Source of the DNA: Eubacteriales bacterium
GTDB taxonomy: Bacteria > Bacillota > Clostridia > Oscillospirales > CAG-272
DNA: 59,125 bases
NCBI GenBank assembly: GCA_045588715.1
Contig: JAZNEQ010000168.1
Location: 1-59,125, forward strand
Direction: 5' to 3'
A program made the position numbers and the translations under genes. The notes under the pieces are model-generated. The model worked only from the letters and a program-made list of their open reading frames with translations, did not search any database and was not told the origin of the DNA. Of the stretch, positions 19,808-27,987 are shown piece after piece; positions within the stretch are counted from its first letter, which is position 1; each line of letters starts with the position of its first letter.

Positions 19808-21295
19808 ATGATACCGGTCACAAGTGTTAAAACGATGAGAGAAAGCGACAAAGCCACGATCGAGAGCGGCGTTTCGGGACATGAACTGATGGCACGTGCG
19901 GGGCGCGGGATCTATCAAAGCTTTGATTGGAAGGGGCCTGTAGCGATCGTTTGCGGAAGCGGGAATAATGCGGGAGACGGATACGTTCTTGCGCTGGAGC
20001 TTTTCCGTGCGGGGATCGACTGTACGATCCTGCTCCTCTCGGAGCGCTTTTCCCCGGACGGAAAATATTATTTTGATCAATGCGTGGAGCGGGGGATCAA
20101 AATTGTGAAATACACCTCGGACGTTTCCTTTAACGAATACAGCGAGATTGTTGATTGCATTTTTGGAACGGGCTTTTCGGGGGACGTCAAGGATCTGATA
20201 TGCGAGGTGATACAGAAGATCAACGACAGTCAAAAGCGGGTGGTTTCTGCCGATATCAATTCGGGGCTTGACGGGGACAGCGGCAAGGCAACCCTTTCTG
20301 TCAAAAGCGATCTTACCGTTTCGATCGGCACGTATAAAACGGGGCATTTTTTAGGGGATGCAAAGGATCATATCAAGGCACTTTGTAATATAGACGTTGG
20401 TATCCGGGTGCCTGATGAGGGGATATATCTTTGTGAGAAAACGGACTTTTCGGAGGTGCTTGCCAAAAGAAAAAGAAACTCCCATAAAGGAACCTACGGA
20501 TACGTGAGCGTTATCGGCGGCTCGCGTGAGTATTCGGGTGCGGTCAAGCTTGCGAACATGAGTGCCGCAGCGCTTCGGTCGGGGTGCGGTGTCGTACAAT
20601 TGGCAGTTCCCGATGCGATTGCAGACAGCGTCTCTCCCTACCTTTTGGAAAGCACGCTTTTTCCCATTCCGTCTGACAGTGACGGGCATATGAGATATGA
20701 TCCCACGCTTCTTGATGACGTGCTATTGCGTATGTCTGCCATTGCCATTGGTATGGGGTGGGGAAAAGGAACGGACAATGAAAAGATCCTGCGACATTTA
20801 TTAGAGAAAGGAAGCCTGCCGCTTGTGATCGATGCCGACGGCTTGAATACACTTTCCCAAATGGATCTTGAAATCTTGCGAAGCAGCAATTGCCAAGTGA
20901 TCCTGACCCCCCATCCAAAGGAATTTGAACGTCTTTCTCGGATCCCGGTGAATGAGATCCTCAAGAACCCTGTCTTTTATGCAAAGGAATTTGCAAGCCG
21001 CTACGGTGTAACCCTTCTTCTTAAGGGATGTACTACGGTCGTAACGGACGGAGCAGTCACGTATTTGGTAGATCGCGGATGCGCGGGCATGGGAACCGCG
21101 GGGAGCGGCGACGTACTCTCCGGCATCCTTACAGGGCTTTTGGGATACGCTTCCGCCAACGCCAAAACCGTTGCTTGCGGTGCATATATCGCAGGACGCG
21201 CGGGGGAGCTTGCTGAACAAAGCGTTAATCCTATTTCTATGGTTGCATCGGATACCGTCGCTCATATTGCCCATGCAATTGGAGAAATGCTTTAA
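19808..21295 (+). CDS. nnr: Bifunctional NAD(P)H-hydrate repair enzyme (epimerase / ADP-dependent dehydratase)
   Basis: An N-terminal YjeF_N domain (GSGNNAGDGYV) fused to a C-terminal carbohydrate-kinase-like domain (GTAGSGDVLSG). Confidence 0.9.
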   Translation: MIPVTSVKTMRESDKATIESGVSGHELMARAGRGIYQSFDWKGPVAIVCGSGNNAGDGYVLALELFRAGIDCTILLLSERFSPDGKYYFDQCVERGIKIVKYTSDVSFNEYSEIVDCIFGTGFSGDVKDLICEVIQKINDSQKRVVSADINSGLDGDSGKATLSVKSDLTVSIGTYKTGHFLGDAKDHIKALCNIDVGIRVPDEGIYLCEKTDFSEVLAKRKRNSHKGTYGYVSVIGGSREYSGAVKLANMSAAALRSGCGVVQLAVPDAIADSVSPYLLESTLFPIPSDSDGHMRYDPTLLDDVLLRMSAIAIGMGWGKGTDNEKILRHLLEKGSLPLVIDADGLNTLSQMDLEILRSSNCQVILTPHPKEFERLSRIPVNEILKNPVFYAKEFASRYGVTLLLKGCTTVVTDGAVTYLVDRGCAGMGTAGSGDVLSGILTGLLGYASANAKTVACGAYIAGRAGELAEQSVNPISMVASDTVAHIAHAIGEML

Positions 21296-21301
21296 AATAA
21301 T

Positions 21302-21356
21302 GATCCCATGATGGGAAAGCCAAGTTGACTTTTTCCATCATGGGATCGTTTTTTAT
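21302..21356. terminator. Bidirectional terminator between nnr and the HAD gene
   Basis: gatcccatgatgggaaa...ttttccatcatgggatc stem followed by GTTTTTT. Confidence 0.8.
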
Positions 21357-22181
21357 TCAGAACATAGCTCGGTCAACGTCATCCAAAGAATTAAAAATAA
21401 AATCGGGGCGATCTTCTACTGCGGCGGTTTCAACGTCTTGGGGCGTTGTTTCTCCCGAATAAACAAGAATTGCAGTGATCCCATGTCGCTTTCCGACTGC
21501 GATATCGGTATAGAGGCGGTCGCCGAAAATACACATTTTTTCTTTGGAGATCCCCGTAGCCTCGCAGATCATTTCTACCGTTTGAGGGTAGGGCTTTCCG
21601 AAGTAGGTTGGGGCTACACCCGTTGAGGCGGTAACGAAAGCAGAGATCGCGCCGCTGTCGGGAATTGGTCCGCTTTTCGTGGGACAGTTAAAATCGGGAT
21701 GCGTTGAGAGATATTCGGCACCTCCCCGGATCAGTCGGCAGGCATTCATCATTTTTTGATAGGTAAGACCTGTGTCAAAGCTGGTAATAACAATGTCTGC
21801 TTTTTCCTCGTTTCCATCAAGCAAACGAATACCGCGATTTTGAAAGCTTGCGGCAAGATCCTCCGTTCCCATCAGATAAACCGTTCTTCCTTTGCGGTGC
21901 CTCAATAAAAATTCAGCGGTAACGTCACCCGATGTCATGATCTCATTTTCGGTGGGGGAAAAACCAAGGCGGGTCAATTTTTTAATATAAAAATCATGGG
22001 AATGAGATGCGTTGTTGGTAAAAAACAAGATCTTCTTTTTTTCGGCGCGAAGATTTTTAATAAAGCGGACTGCAAAAGGAAAAACGTCGTCGTCAAGGTA
22101 GATCGTTCCGTCCATGTCGAAAATGTAAAGCTCTTTTTCCTTTAATACGGAAATATCCGGGTTTTGAAAGGGGAGGGTCAT
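21357..22181 (-). CDS. HAD-IIA family hydrolase (NagD/AraL-like sugar-phosphate phosphatase)
   Basis: Motif I FDMDGTIY, FFTNNAS, and the C-terminal GDRLYTDI motif. Confidence 0.85.
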   Translation of the reverse strand: MTLPFQNPDISVLKEKELYIFDMDGTIYLDDDVFPFAVRFIKNLRAEKKKILFFTNNASHSHDFYIKKLTRLGFSPTENEIMTSGDVTAEFLLRHRKGRTVYLMGTEDLAASFQNRGIRLLDGNEEKADIVITSFDTGLTYQKMMNACRLIRGGAEYLSTHPDFNCPTKSGPIPDSGAISAFVTASTGVAPTYFGKPYPQTVEMICEATGISKEKMCIFGDRLYTDIAVGKRHGITAILVYSGETTPQDVETAAVEDRPDFIFNSLDDVDRAMF

Positions 22182-22214
22182 TGCGTGCTCCTTCGCTTGT
22201 TTTATAGTGATACA

Positions 22215-22243
22215 ATTATATCATAAAACCCAAGATCCATCAA
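22215..22243 (-). promoter_or_regulatory. Sigma-A-type promoter for the HAD gene
   Basis: Minus strand TTGATG, 17 nt, (TGa)TATAAT. A GAAGGAG RBS lies downstream. Confidence 0.55.
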
Positions 22244-22313
22244 TAGGATCTGCAAAAAAAGACAACTCATCAAAAAAGAATTGACAAGTATTCCCAAAAA
22301 ATCAAGAAGATCG

Positions 22314-22340
22314 AAAAAAGAATAAAAAAATATTAAAAAA
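22314..22340 (+). promoter_or_regulatory. Three helically phased A6-7 tracts (UP-element-like curved DNA) directly upstream of the secG -35
   Basis: A-tracts start at 22314, 22324 and 22335, a spacing of 10-11 bp. The -35 is at 22344. Confidence 0.5.
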
Positions 22341-22343
22341 GTA

Positions 22344-22372
22344 TTGCATTTTGGAAGGATTTATGCTAAAAT
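22344..22372 (+). promoter_or_regulatory. Sigma-A-type promoter for secG
   Basis: TTGCAT, 17 nt, (TGc)TAAAAT. Confidence 0.6.
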
Positions 22373-22436
22373 ATTAAAAGTGACGATTTGCGCTGCATTT
22401 TTCGGCGTTAAAATAAGGATTTTTTTGGAGGTTATC

Positions 22437-22748
22437 ATGTTTTCTTCTCTCGTCAACGTTGCCGCTCTGGCTGAAACCGCAGTTCATCCCACGGTGGTTC
22501 TTCAGTATGTTCTCGGTAGCATTTTAATCTTTTTGTCGGTTGTACTTACTGCTGTTATTTTGTTCCAGTCCGCAAAGGATAAGCGTCTTTCCGGTGCGAT
22601 CGCGGGCGGTACCGAATCCTTCTTCGGAAAGTCCAAGGCAAAGACTACCGATAGAATTCTTTCCAAGTTGACCGTTGTGATTTCTATCCTTGTGGTACTT
22701 ATCACCATTGCGTTGGTCATCATTATCAACTGTGTTCCTACCAAGTAA
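22437..22748 (+). CDS. secG: Preprotein translocase subunit SecG
   Basis: 103 aa with two TM helices flanking a G-rich loop (KDKRLSGAIAGGTESFFGKSK). GGAGG RBS. The upstream ORF extension from 22344 overlaps the promoter. Confidence 0.85.
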   Translation: MFSSLVNVAALAETAVHPTVVLQYVLGSILIFLSVVLTAVILFQSAKDKRLSGAIAGGTESFFGKSKAKTTDRILSKLTVVISILVVLITIALVIIINCVPTK

Positions 22749-22756
22749 TTTAAAAT

Positions 22757-22822
22757 AAAAGCATCGGCGGCGTTTTCATTCTTCTGTACCTTCGTACGAA
22801 AGAGAACGCCGCCGATGCTTTT
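22757..22822. terminator. Bidirectional terminator between secG and lacI
   Basis: aaaagcatcggcggcgtt...aacgccgccgatgctttt (18-bp arms) with an inner imperfect stem. Confidence 0.8.
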
Positions 22823-22830
22823 ATATGCGT

Positions 22831-23805
22831 TTAACGCTTGGTTGATTCGCGTATAAACAAGCGTGGCTTAAACACGATGGTTTCGGTTTCGGATTTGTTG
22901 TTAAGAATATGATCGAAAAGATTTTGGACAGCCAATTCGCAAATTTCCTCCGAAAAGATCTCCACACTGGTAAGGGAGGGGGAGGCATATTCCGCAAAAC
23001 GAGTATTGTTGATTCCGATAAAGGCAATATCTCGGGGGATCAAAATGCCGTTTTTTGTAAGATGATGCATCGCTCCAAACGCGATTTCATCGTACGCTGT
23101 GATCAAGGCGTCGGGGCGATGGTCGGATGCGAGCAGTTGTCGGGCGCATTCGATGCCTGCGTCGTAAAAACGCTTTTCTGAGGTGTATAAAAATTCTTGT
23201 TGCACAGGGAGATCAAGCTTTTTCATCGTGTTACAAAAGGAAACCATTTTCCCCGTTGTTAAGGTTTCCCCCATAAATCCGATCCTTCGGCAACCGATCT
23301 GCGTTAAATGACGGATCGAGGTCTCCATTACGTTTGCCATATCGCAGCAGACGGAATTACGTGCATAGGATGCGGTAAGGCGTTCAAAATATACGGTGGG
23401 AAGATTGGTGCTCTCAGCACAAGGATCCGAGCCAAGAACGATAATTCCGTCGCAGGTATTGTGCGTGATAATAGTGTCGATCATGCGCTGGAATTTTTCC
23501 TCTGAAAAATCATACGAATAGATATAGGATTCACCGCCGAGGGATTCCACCTTTGATTGGATCATCGTAACGTTTCTTGAATAATACGTGCTGATGATCT
23601 CGGGGCAAAAAATGGCGATGATGGGACATTTTTCGCGCAAGTTGGAAAGCTTGCGCGTGCTTTTTTCCTTGATGTATCCGCATTCCATTGCGATTTGCTT
23701 GATCGTTTCGGCAAGAGCCGGGCTCACGTCGCGACTGCCGTGCAGCGCTTTTGAAACCGTAGAAGGGGAGACGTGTGCGATTTCAGCGATTTTTTTTTGA
23801 TTCAA
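22831..23805 (-). CDS. LacI family transcriptional regulator (orphan; no adjacent sugar genes)
   Basis: N-terminal HTH (QKKIAEIAHVSPSTVSKALHG) and a periplasmic-binding-protein-like core. The TTG at 23805 has an AGAGGGA RBS. The longer ORF to 23856 also starts with TTG, lacks an RBS and runs through a palindrome. Confidence 0.85.
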   Translation of the reverse strand: MNQKKIAEIAHVSPSTVSKALHGSRDVSPALAETIKQIAMECGYIKEKSTRKLSNLREKCPIIAIFCPEIISTYYSRNVTMIQSKVESLGGESYIYSYDFSEEKFQRMIDTIITHNTCDGIIVLGSDPCAESTNLPTVYFERLTASYARNSVCCDMANVMETSIRHLTQIGCRRIGFMGETLTTGKMVSFCNTMKKLDLPVQQEFLYTSEKRFYDAGIECARQLLASDHRPDALITAYDEIAFGAMHHLTKNGILIPRDIAFIGINNTRFAEYASPSLTSVEIFSEEICELAVQNLFDHILNNKSETETIVFKPRLFIRESTKR

Positions 23806-23851
23806 AACAGAGTTTCCCTCTTTTCTTGTTTTTACGTTCCGTTCTGAAATG

Positions 23852-23878
23852 AACAAAAGACGAATATTGTCTTTTGTT
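23852..23878. promoter_or_regulatory. Perfect 10-bp inverted repeat (7-nt spacer) at the lacI transcription start region
   Basis: AACAAAAGAC-gaatatt-GTCTTTTGTT. It begins 1 nt downstream of the lacI -10 box on the minus strand. Confidence 0.6.
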
Positions 23879-23879
23879 T

Positions 23880-23908
23880 ATTGTACCACGTTATGCCGAA
23901 AAAGTCAA
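23880..23908 (-). promoter_or_regulatory. Sigma-A-type promoter for lacI
   Basis: Minus strand TTGACT, 17 nt, (TGg)TACAAT. Confidence 0.55.
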
Positions 23909-23995
23909 TAGAAAAGCCATGCAAAGGCATATTGCTTTTTTGGATGATATTTGTCTGAAAACGCAGTAAAAAGGCACAATTTCTCGAAACAAGTC

Positions 23996-24024
23996 TTGAC
24001 GGGAAAAAGTTTTTGTGGTATAAT
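23996..24024 (+). promoter_or_regulatory. Sigma-A-type promoter for the lipid kinase-plsC operon
   Basis: TTGACG, 17 nt, (TGg)TATAAT. Confidence 0.65.
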
Positions 24025-24031
24025 AAGCACG

Positions 24032-24060
24032 ATTTTTGTTTTTGATCCAAAAACAAAAAT
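24032..24060. promoter_or_regulatory. Perfect 13-bp inverted repeat (3-nt spacer) at the lipid-kinase transcription start region
   Basis: ATTTTTGTTTTTG-atc-CAAAAACAAAAAT. It starts 8 nt after the -10 box. Confidence 0.6.
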
Positions 24061-24086
24061 AAATACGATAAAGGAAGATAAAGATT

Positions 24087-24983
24087 ATGTATTACGTTCT
24101 TTGCAATCCTCTTTCGGCAAATAAGCAAGGTGCTATCCTTTCTCAAACCCTTGTTGGAAAGCTTTCTGATGAAGAGCTTGAATTTGTGGACATTCGCACA
24201 GTTGGCAGATATGCAGATTTTTGGAAAAGGATCGATTTCCAAAAGGATACCGTAATTCTTTCCGGCGGTGACGGCACGCTCAACCGTTTTATCAATGCCA
24301 ATGCCGACGTAGAGCTTCCTGAAAATCTTTACTATTTTGCAGCGGGCAGCGGAAATGATTTTAAGCATGACGTTTCTCCCAACACCGATGCGCTTATCCC
24401 TTTACATAAGTACATAAAGGATCTGCCAACGGTGTCTGTAAACGGAAAATCCTATTACTTTGTCAACGGTGTCGGTTTTGGAATTGACGGATACTGTTGC
24501 GAGATCGGCGACGAATTGAAAAAGAAATCCGATAAGCCGATCAATTATACCTCCATTGCGATCAAGGGACTCCTTTTTGGTTTTACCCCCGCAAATGCTA
24601 CGGTGACGGTAGACGGTATTACCAAAAAGTATAAAAAGGTATGGATCGCCCCCACCATGAAGGGGAAATATTATGGCGGTGGCATGATGGTCACTCCCGC
24701 ACAAAATCGATTTGATCCGGAGGGTAAGGTTTCTGTTGCCTTGATGCACGGAAGCGGAAAAATTAAAACCCTGACCGTCTTTCCCTCTATTTTTAAGGGC
24801 GAGCACATCAAGCATAAAGAAATGGTGGATATCATCAGCGGTCACGAAATTACCGTAACCTTTGATAGCCCCAAGGCTCTTCAGATCGACGGCGAAACCA
24901 TTCTGAACGTTACTTCCTATACGGTGTCCTCCGGCAAAAAAGCCACCTCCCAAACAGCGGCAGCAACCATTGAGGAGAAATAA
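24087..24983 (+). CDS. Diacylglycerol kinase-family lipid kinase (YegS/BmrU type)
   Basis: DAGK catalytic-domain motifs (SGGDGTLNRFIN; GSGNDF). Confidence 0.85.
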   Translation: MYYVLCNPLSANKQGAILSQTLVGKLSDEELEFVDIRTVGRYADFWKRIDFQKDTVILSGGDGTLNRFINANADVELPENLYYFAAGSGNDFKHDVSPNTDALIPLHKYIKDLPTVSVNGKSYYFVNGVGFGIDGYCCEIGDELKKKSDKPINYTSIAIKGLLFGFTPANATVTVDGITKKYKKVWIAPTMKGKYYGGGMMVTPAQNRFDPEGKVSVALMHGSGKIKTLTVFPSIFKGEHIKHKEMVDIISGHEITVTFDSPKALQIDGETILNVTSYTVSSGKKATSQTAAATIEEK

Positions 24984-24985
24984 GA

Positions 24986-25792
24986 ATGCTCTGTTATATA
25001 TTCCTTGCGCTGAGTGCGCTTGCAAGTATCTTGATCGTCGTCCTTACGGAAATTGCGTTTTGGTGGGCAATTCCGATTTTTATCGGGATCTTTGTTGTAA
25101 TCAATCCGCTTTACTTTTGTCTGCTTTGGATCTCTACGATCTTTTTGCCGAAAAAGGATCCGATCGACAAGCCCTTGAAATGGATCTACTTTATGATCCA
25201 ATTCAGCACCGATTGGCTGATGACGCTTCTTCGTGTGAAGGTCCGCTTGAACGGAATGGAAAAATTCCCCGAGGAGCCTTTTGTCCTTGTCAGTAACCAT
25301 CTCTCTAATTTTGATCCCATTGCGGTTTTGTGCAAGGTAAAAAAAAGAAAGATCGCGTTTATTTCAAAACCTTCCAACTTTAAAATTCCCGTTGCGGGGG
25401 CATACGTTCACAATGCGGGCTTTTTGGCGATCGATCGCGAGAACGCCATGAGTGCGCTTCGCACCCTTAAGCGTGCGGCTGAGATGATGAACCGCGAGCA
25501 GATGATCATGGGAATTTACCCTGAAGGGACGCGGAGTAAATCGGGTGAGCTTTTGGAATTTAAGGAAGGTGCGTTTCTTCTTGCCAAACGCGCAAATGCT
25601 CCCATCGTTGTAATGTCAACGCGCGGCACAAATCAAATTGCACGGCAGATCTTTATCAAAAAGACCCGTGTGGATATGAACGTGCTGGACGTCATCGACC
25701 GAGAGACGGTGAAAACTCTTCCGCTTTCCGACCTTGCATTGCGTGTGCGCACGTCCATTGAGGCAGATATTACAACCGAGGGAGGCATGTGA
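24986..25792 (+). CDS. plsC: 1-acyl-sn-glycerol-3-phosphate acyltransferase
   Basis: N-terminal TM segments, an HxxxxD box (NHLSNFD) and YPEGTRS. Confidence 0.88.
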   Translation: MLCYIFLALSALASILIVVLTEIAFWWAIPIFIGIFVVINPLYFCLLWISTIFLPKKDPIDKPLKWIYFMIQFSTDWLMTLLRVKVRLNGMEKFPEEPFVLVSNHLSNFDPIAVLCKVKKRKIAFISKPSNFKIPVAGAYVHNAGFLAIDRENAMSALRTLKRAAEMMNREQMIMGIYPEGTRSKSGELLEFKEGAFLLAKRANAPIVVMSTRGTNQIARQIFIKKTRVDMNVLDVIDRETVKTLPLSDLALRVRTSIEADITTEGGM

Positions 25793-25795
25793 GCG

Positions 25796-26629
25796 ATGTC
25801 CCTTTCCTTACCTTTGATCAAAAGCAATTTGCACACACATTCCACCTTTTGTGATGGAAAGGATACTCCGGAGGAAATGGTAAGGGCTGCCATTGATCTT
25901 GGAATGGAGACACTTGGTTTTTCCGGGCACTCCTATACCTCGTTCGACTCCTCCTACTGCATGTCACTTGAAAAAACCGAAGCGTACAGGCGGGAGATCG
26001 ACCGCTTGCGCGAGGTCTACCGTGACGATATTCATATCCTTTGCGGGATCGAAAAGGATTTTTACGCAGAAAACCCCGAGCGTCCCTTTGATTATGAGAT
26101 CGGCTCGGTTCATTACGTGCTTTTGGGCGGTGAATACTGTGTGGTAGATATGGGGGTCGATACACTCCTAAATGCCGTAAGAGATCATTGCTCCGGAAAC
26201 GTTTATCAGTATATCCGCGAATATTATCGCACGGTGGCATGTCTTGCCGACAGGATCGACAAGTGCGATATTGTGGGACATTTTGACCTTGTTACCAAGT
26301 ATAACGAGGACGGGCGTCTTTTTGATAGCGAGGATCCGCGCTATCGTCGCCCTGCCTTTGAGGCACTGGATGCACTCCTTGAAAAGGGAATGCTTTTTGA
26401 GGTGAATACGGGTGCTATCGCGAGAGGCTACCGAAAAAATCCCTATCCGGAGCTTTCCATGCTTCGCTACATTGCACAAAAGGGTGGGCGAGTGACGCTC
26501 AACTCGGATTGCCACCAAAAACAGGATCTGCTTTGCGCATTTCCGCTTGCGTTGCAGGGGTTAAAATATGCGGGCTTTCGTTCTGTTTGCACAATGACGC
26601 GAACAGGGTGGAAGGAATGTCCGATTTAA
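25796..26629 (+). CDS. PHP-family phosphatase (HisJ-type histidinol-phosphatase family)
   Basis: [13 protein letters not shown]...GFSGHSY...HFD, the PHP metal-binding pattern. Confidence 0.8.
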   Translation: MSLSLPLIKSNLHTHSTFCDGKDTPEEMVRAAIDLGMETLGFSGHSYTSFDSSYCMSLEKTEAYRREIDRLREVYRDDIHILCGIEKDFYAENPERPFDYEIGSVHYVLLGGEYCVVDMGVDTLLNAVRDHCSGNVYQYIREYYRTVACLADRIDKCDIVGHFDLVTKYNEDGRLFDSEDPRYRRPAFEALDALLEKGMLFEVNTGAIARGYRKNPYPELSMLRYIAQKGGRVTLNSDCHQKQDLLCAFPLALQGLKYAGFRSVCTMTRTGWKECPI

Positions 26630-26669
26630 TGTTTTTAAAATAAAAAAATATAAAAGTGAGGAAGACACA

Positions 26670-27908
26670 ATGAATTTTTTTGATGAACTTGCGAATTATG
26701 ACAAGGAAGTACATGATGCCTGTACGCTGGAATTGAACCGTCAGCGTCAGAATATCGAACTGATCGCTTCCGAAAACGTTGTTTCCAAGGCAGTACTTTT
26801 GGCAGCGGGAACCGTGCTTACCAACAAATATGCTGAGGGCTTTCCCGGAAAGCGCTACTACGGCGGATGTCAATACGTTGACATTGTTGAAAACATTGCA
26901 AGAGACCGTGCAAAGCAGCTCTTCGGAGCAGAGCATGCAAACGTACAGCCTCATTGCGGTGCCAGTGCAAATCTTGCCGTCTTCTTTGCTTTTTTAAATC
27001 CCGGCGATACCGTTATGGGGCTTAATCTTGCTCACGGCGGACACCTGTCGCACGGTTCTCCCGTAAATATCTCGGGTAAATACTTCAACGTTGTTCCGTA
27101 CAGTGTTTCCGATGATACGGAAATGCTTGATTATGAGGAAATGCGCCGTGTAGCTTTGGAGTGTAAGCCCAAGATGATCGTTGCGGGTGCCAGCGCATAC
27201 TCCAGAACCATTGATTTTGCGAAGATCCGTGAGATCGCAGATGAGGTAGGAGCCATCTACATGGTGGATATGGCACACATTGCAGGTCTTGTTGCCGCAG
27301 GTCTTCATCCCAGCCCCGTTCCGTATGCCGATGTTGTTACCACCACAACGCATAAAACCCTTCGCGGTCCTCGCGGCGGTTTGATCCTTTGCAAGGAGCA
27401 ATATGCTAAGCAGATCGATAAGGCTGTGTTCCCGGGTACACAGGGGGGACCCTTGATGCACGTTATTGCCGCAAAGGCGGTGGCTCTCGGGGAGGCGATG
27501 ACGGATGAATTTAAGGAATACCAAAAGCAGATCGTAAAGAACGCAAAGGTTCTTTGCAACGCGCTTAAGGAAGCTGGCTTCCGTGTTGTCTCCGGAGATA
27601 CCGATAATCATCTGATGCTGATCGACCTTCGCCCCTTTGGTATTACCGGTAAGGAAATGGAAAAGAGATTGGACGAGGTTCACATTACAGTCAACAAGAA
27701 TGCGATTCCCAACGATCCCGAGACTCCCTTTGTTACCAGCGGTATTCGTGTAGGCACTCCTGCTGTTACCTCCCGCGGCTTTAAAGAAGCGGAGATGCTT
27801 AAGATCGCTCAGTGGCTTAAGGATATCGCTACCGATTTCGAAGGCAACCGCGAGCGTGTCTCCAAAGAGGTCGTAGCTCTTTGCGAGTCCTATCCTCTTT
27901 ACGATTGA
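26670..27908 (+). CDS. glyA: Serine hydroxymethyltransferase
   Basis: PLP-lysine motif [14 protein letters not shown], full-length SHMT. Confidence 0.97.
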   Translation: MNFFDELANYDKEVHDACTLELNRQRQNIELIASENVVSKAVLLAAGTVLTNKYAEGFPGKRYYGGCQYVDIVENIARDRAKQLFGAEHANVQPHCGASANLAVFFAFLNPGDTVMGLNLAHGGHLSHGSPVNISGKYFNVVPYSVSDDTEMLDYEEMRRVALECKPKMIVAGASAYSRTIDFAKIREIADEVGAIYMVDMAHIAGLVAAGLHPSPVPYADVVTTTTHKTLRGPRGGLILCKEQYAKQIDKAVFPGTQGGPLMHVIAAKAVALGEAMTDEFKEYQKQIVKNAKVLCNALKEAGFRVVSGDTDNHLMLIDLRPFGITGKEMEKRLDEVHITVNKNAIPNDPETPFVTSGIRVGTPAVTSRGFKEAEMLKIAQWLKDIATDFEGNRERVSKEVVALCESYPLYD

Positions 27909-27920
27909 TTTTTACTTTTT

Positions 27921-27976
27921 GGCGTTCTCGTTGTGACTGCCTCTTCGGCTGAAAAAACGGGAACGCCGTTTTGTTT
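27921..27976 (+). terminator. Terminator after glyA
   Basis: ggcgttctcg...cgggaacgcc stem followed by GTTTTGTTT. Confidence 0.6.
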
Positions 27977-27987
27977 AAAGACGTATT

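Noticed and set aside
25796-26629. A PHP-family (HisJ-type) phosphatase embedded between plsC and glyA as a possible non-histidine-pathway enzyme.
   Set aside because: PHP phosphatases are commonly found outside his operons. Nothing in the sequence itself is unusual, so it is left as an annotation caveat rather than a finding.
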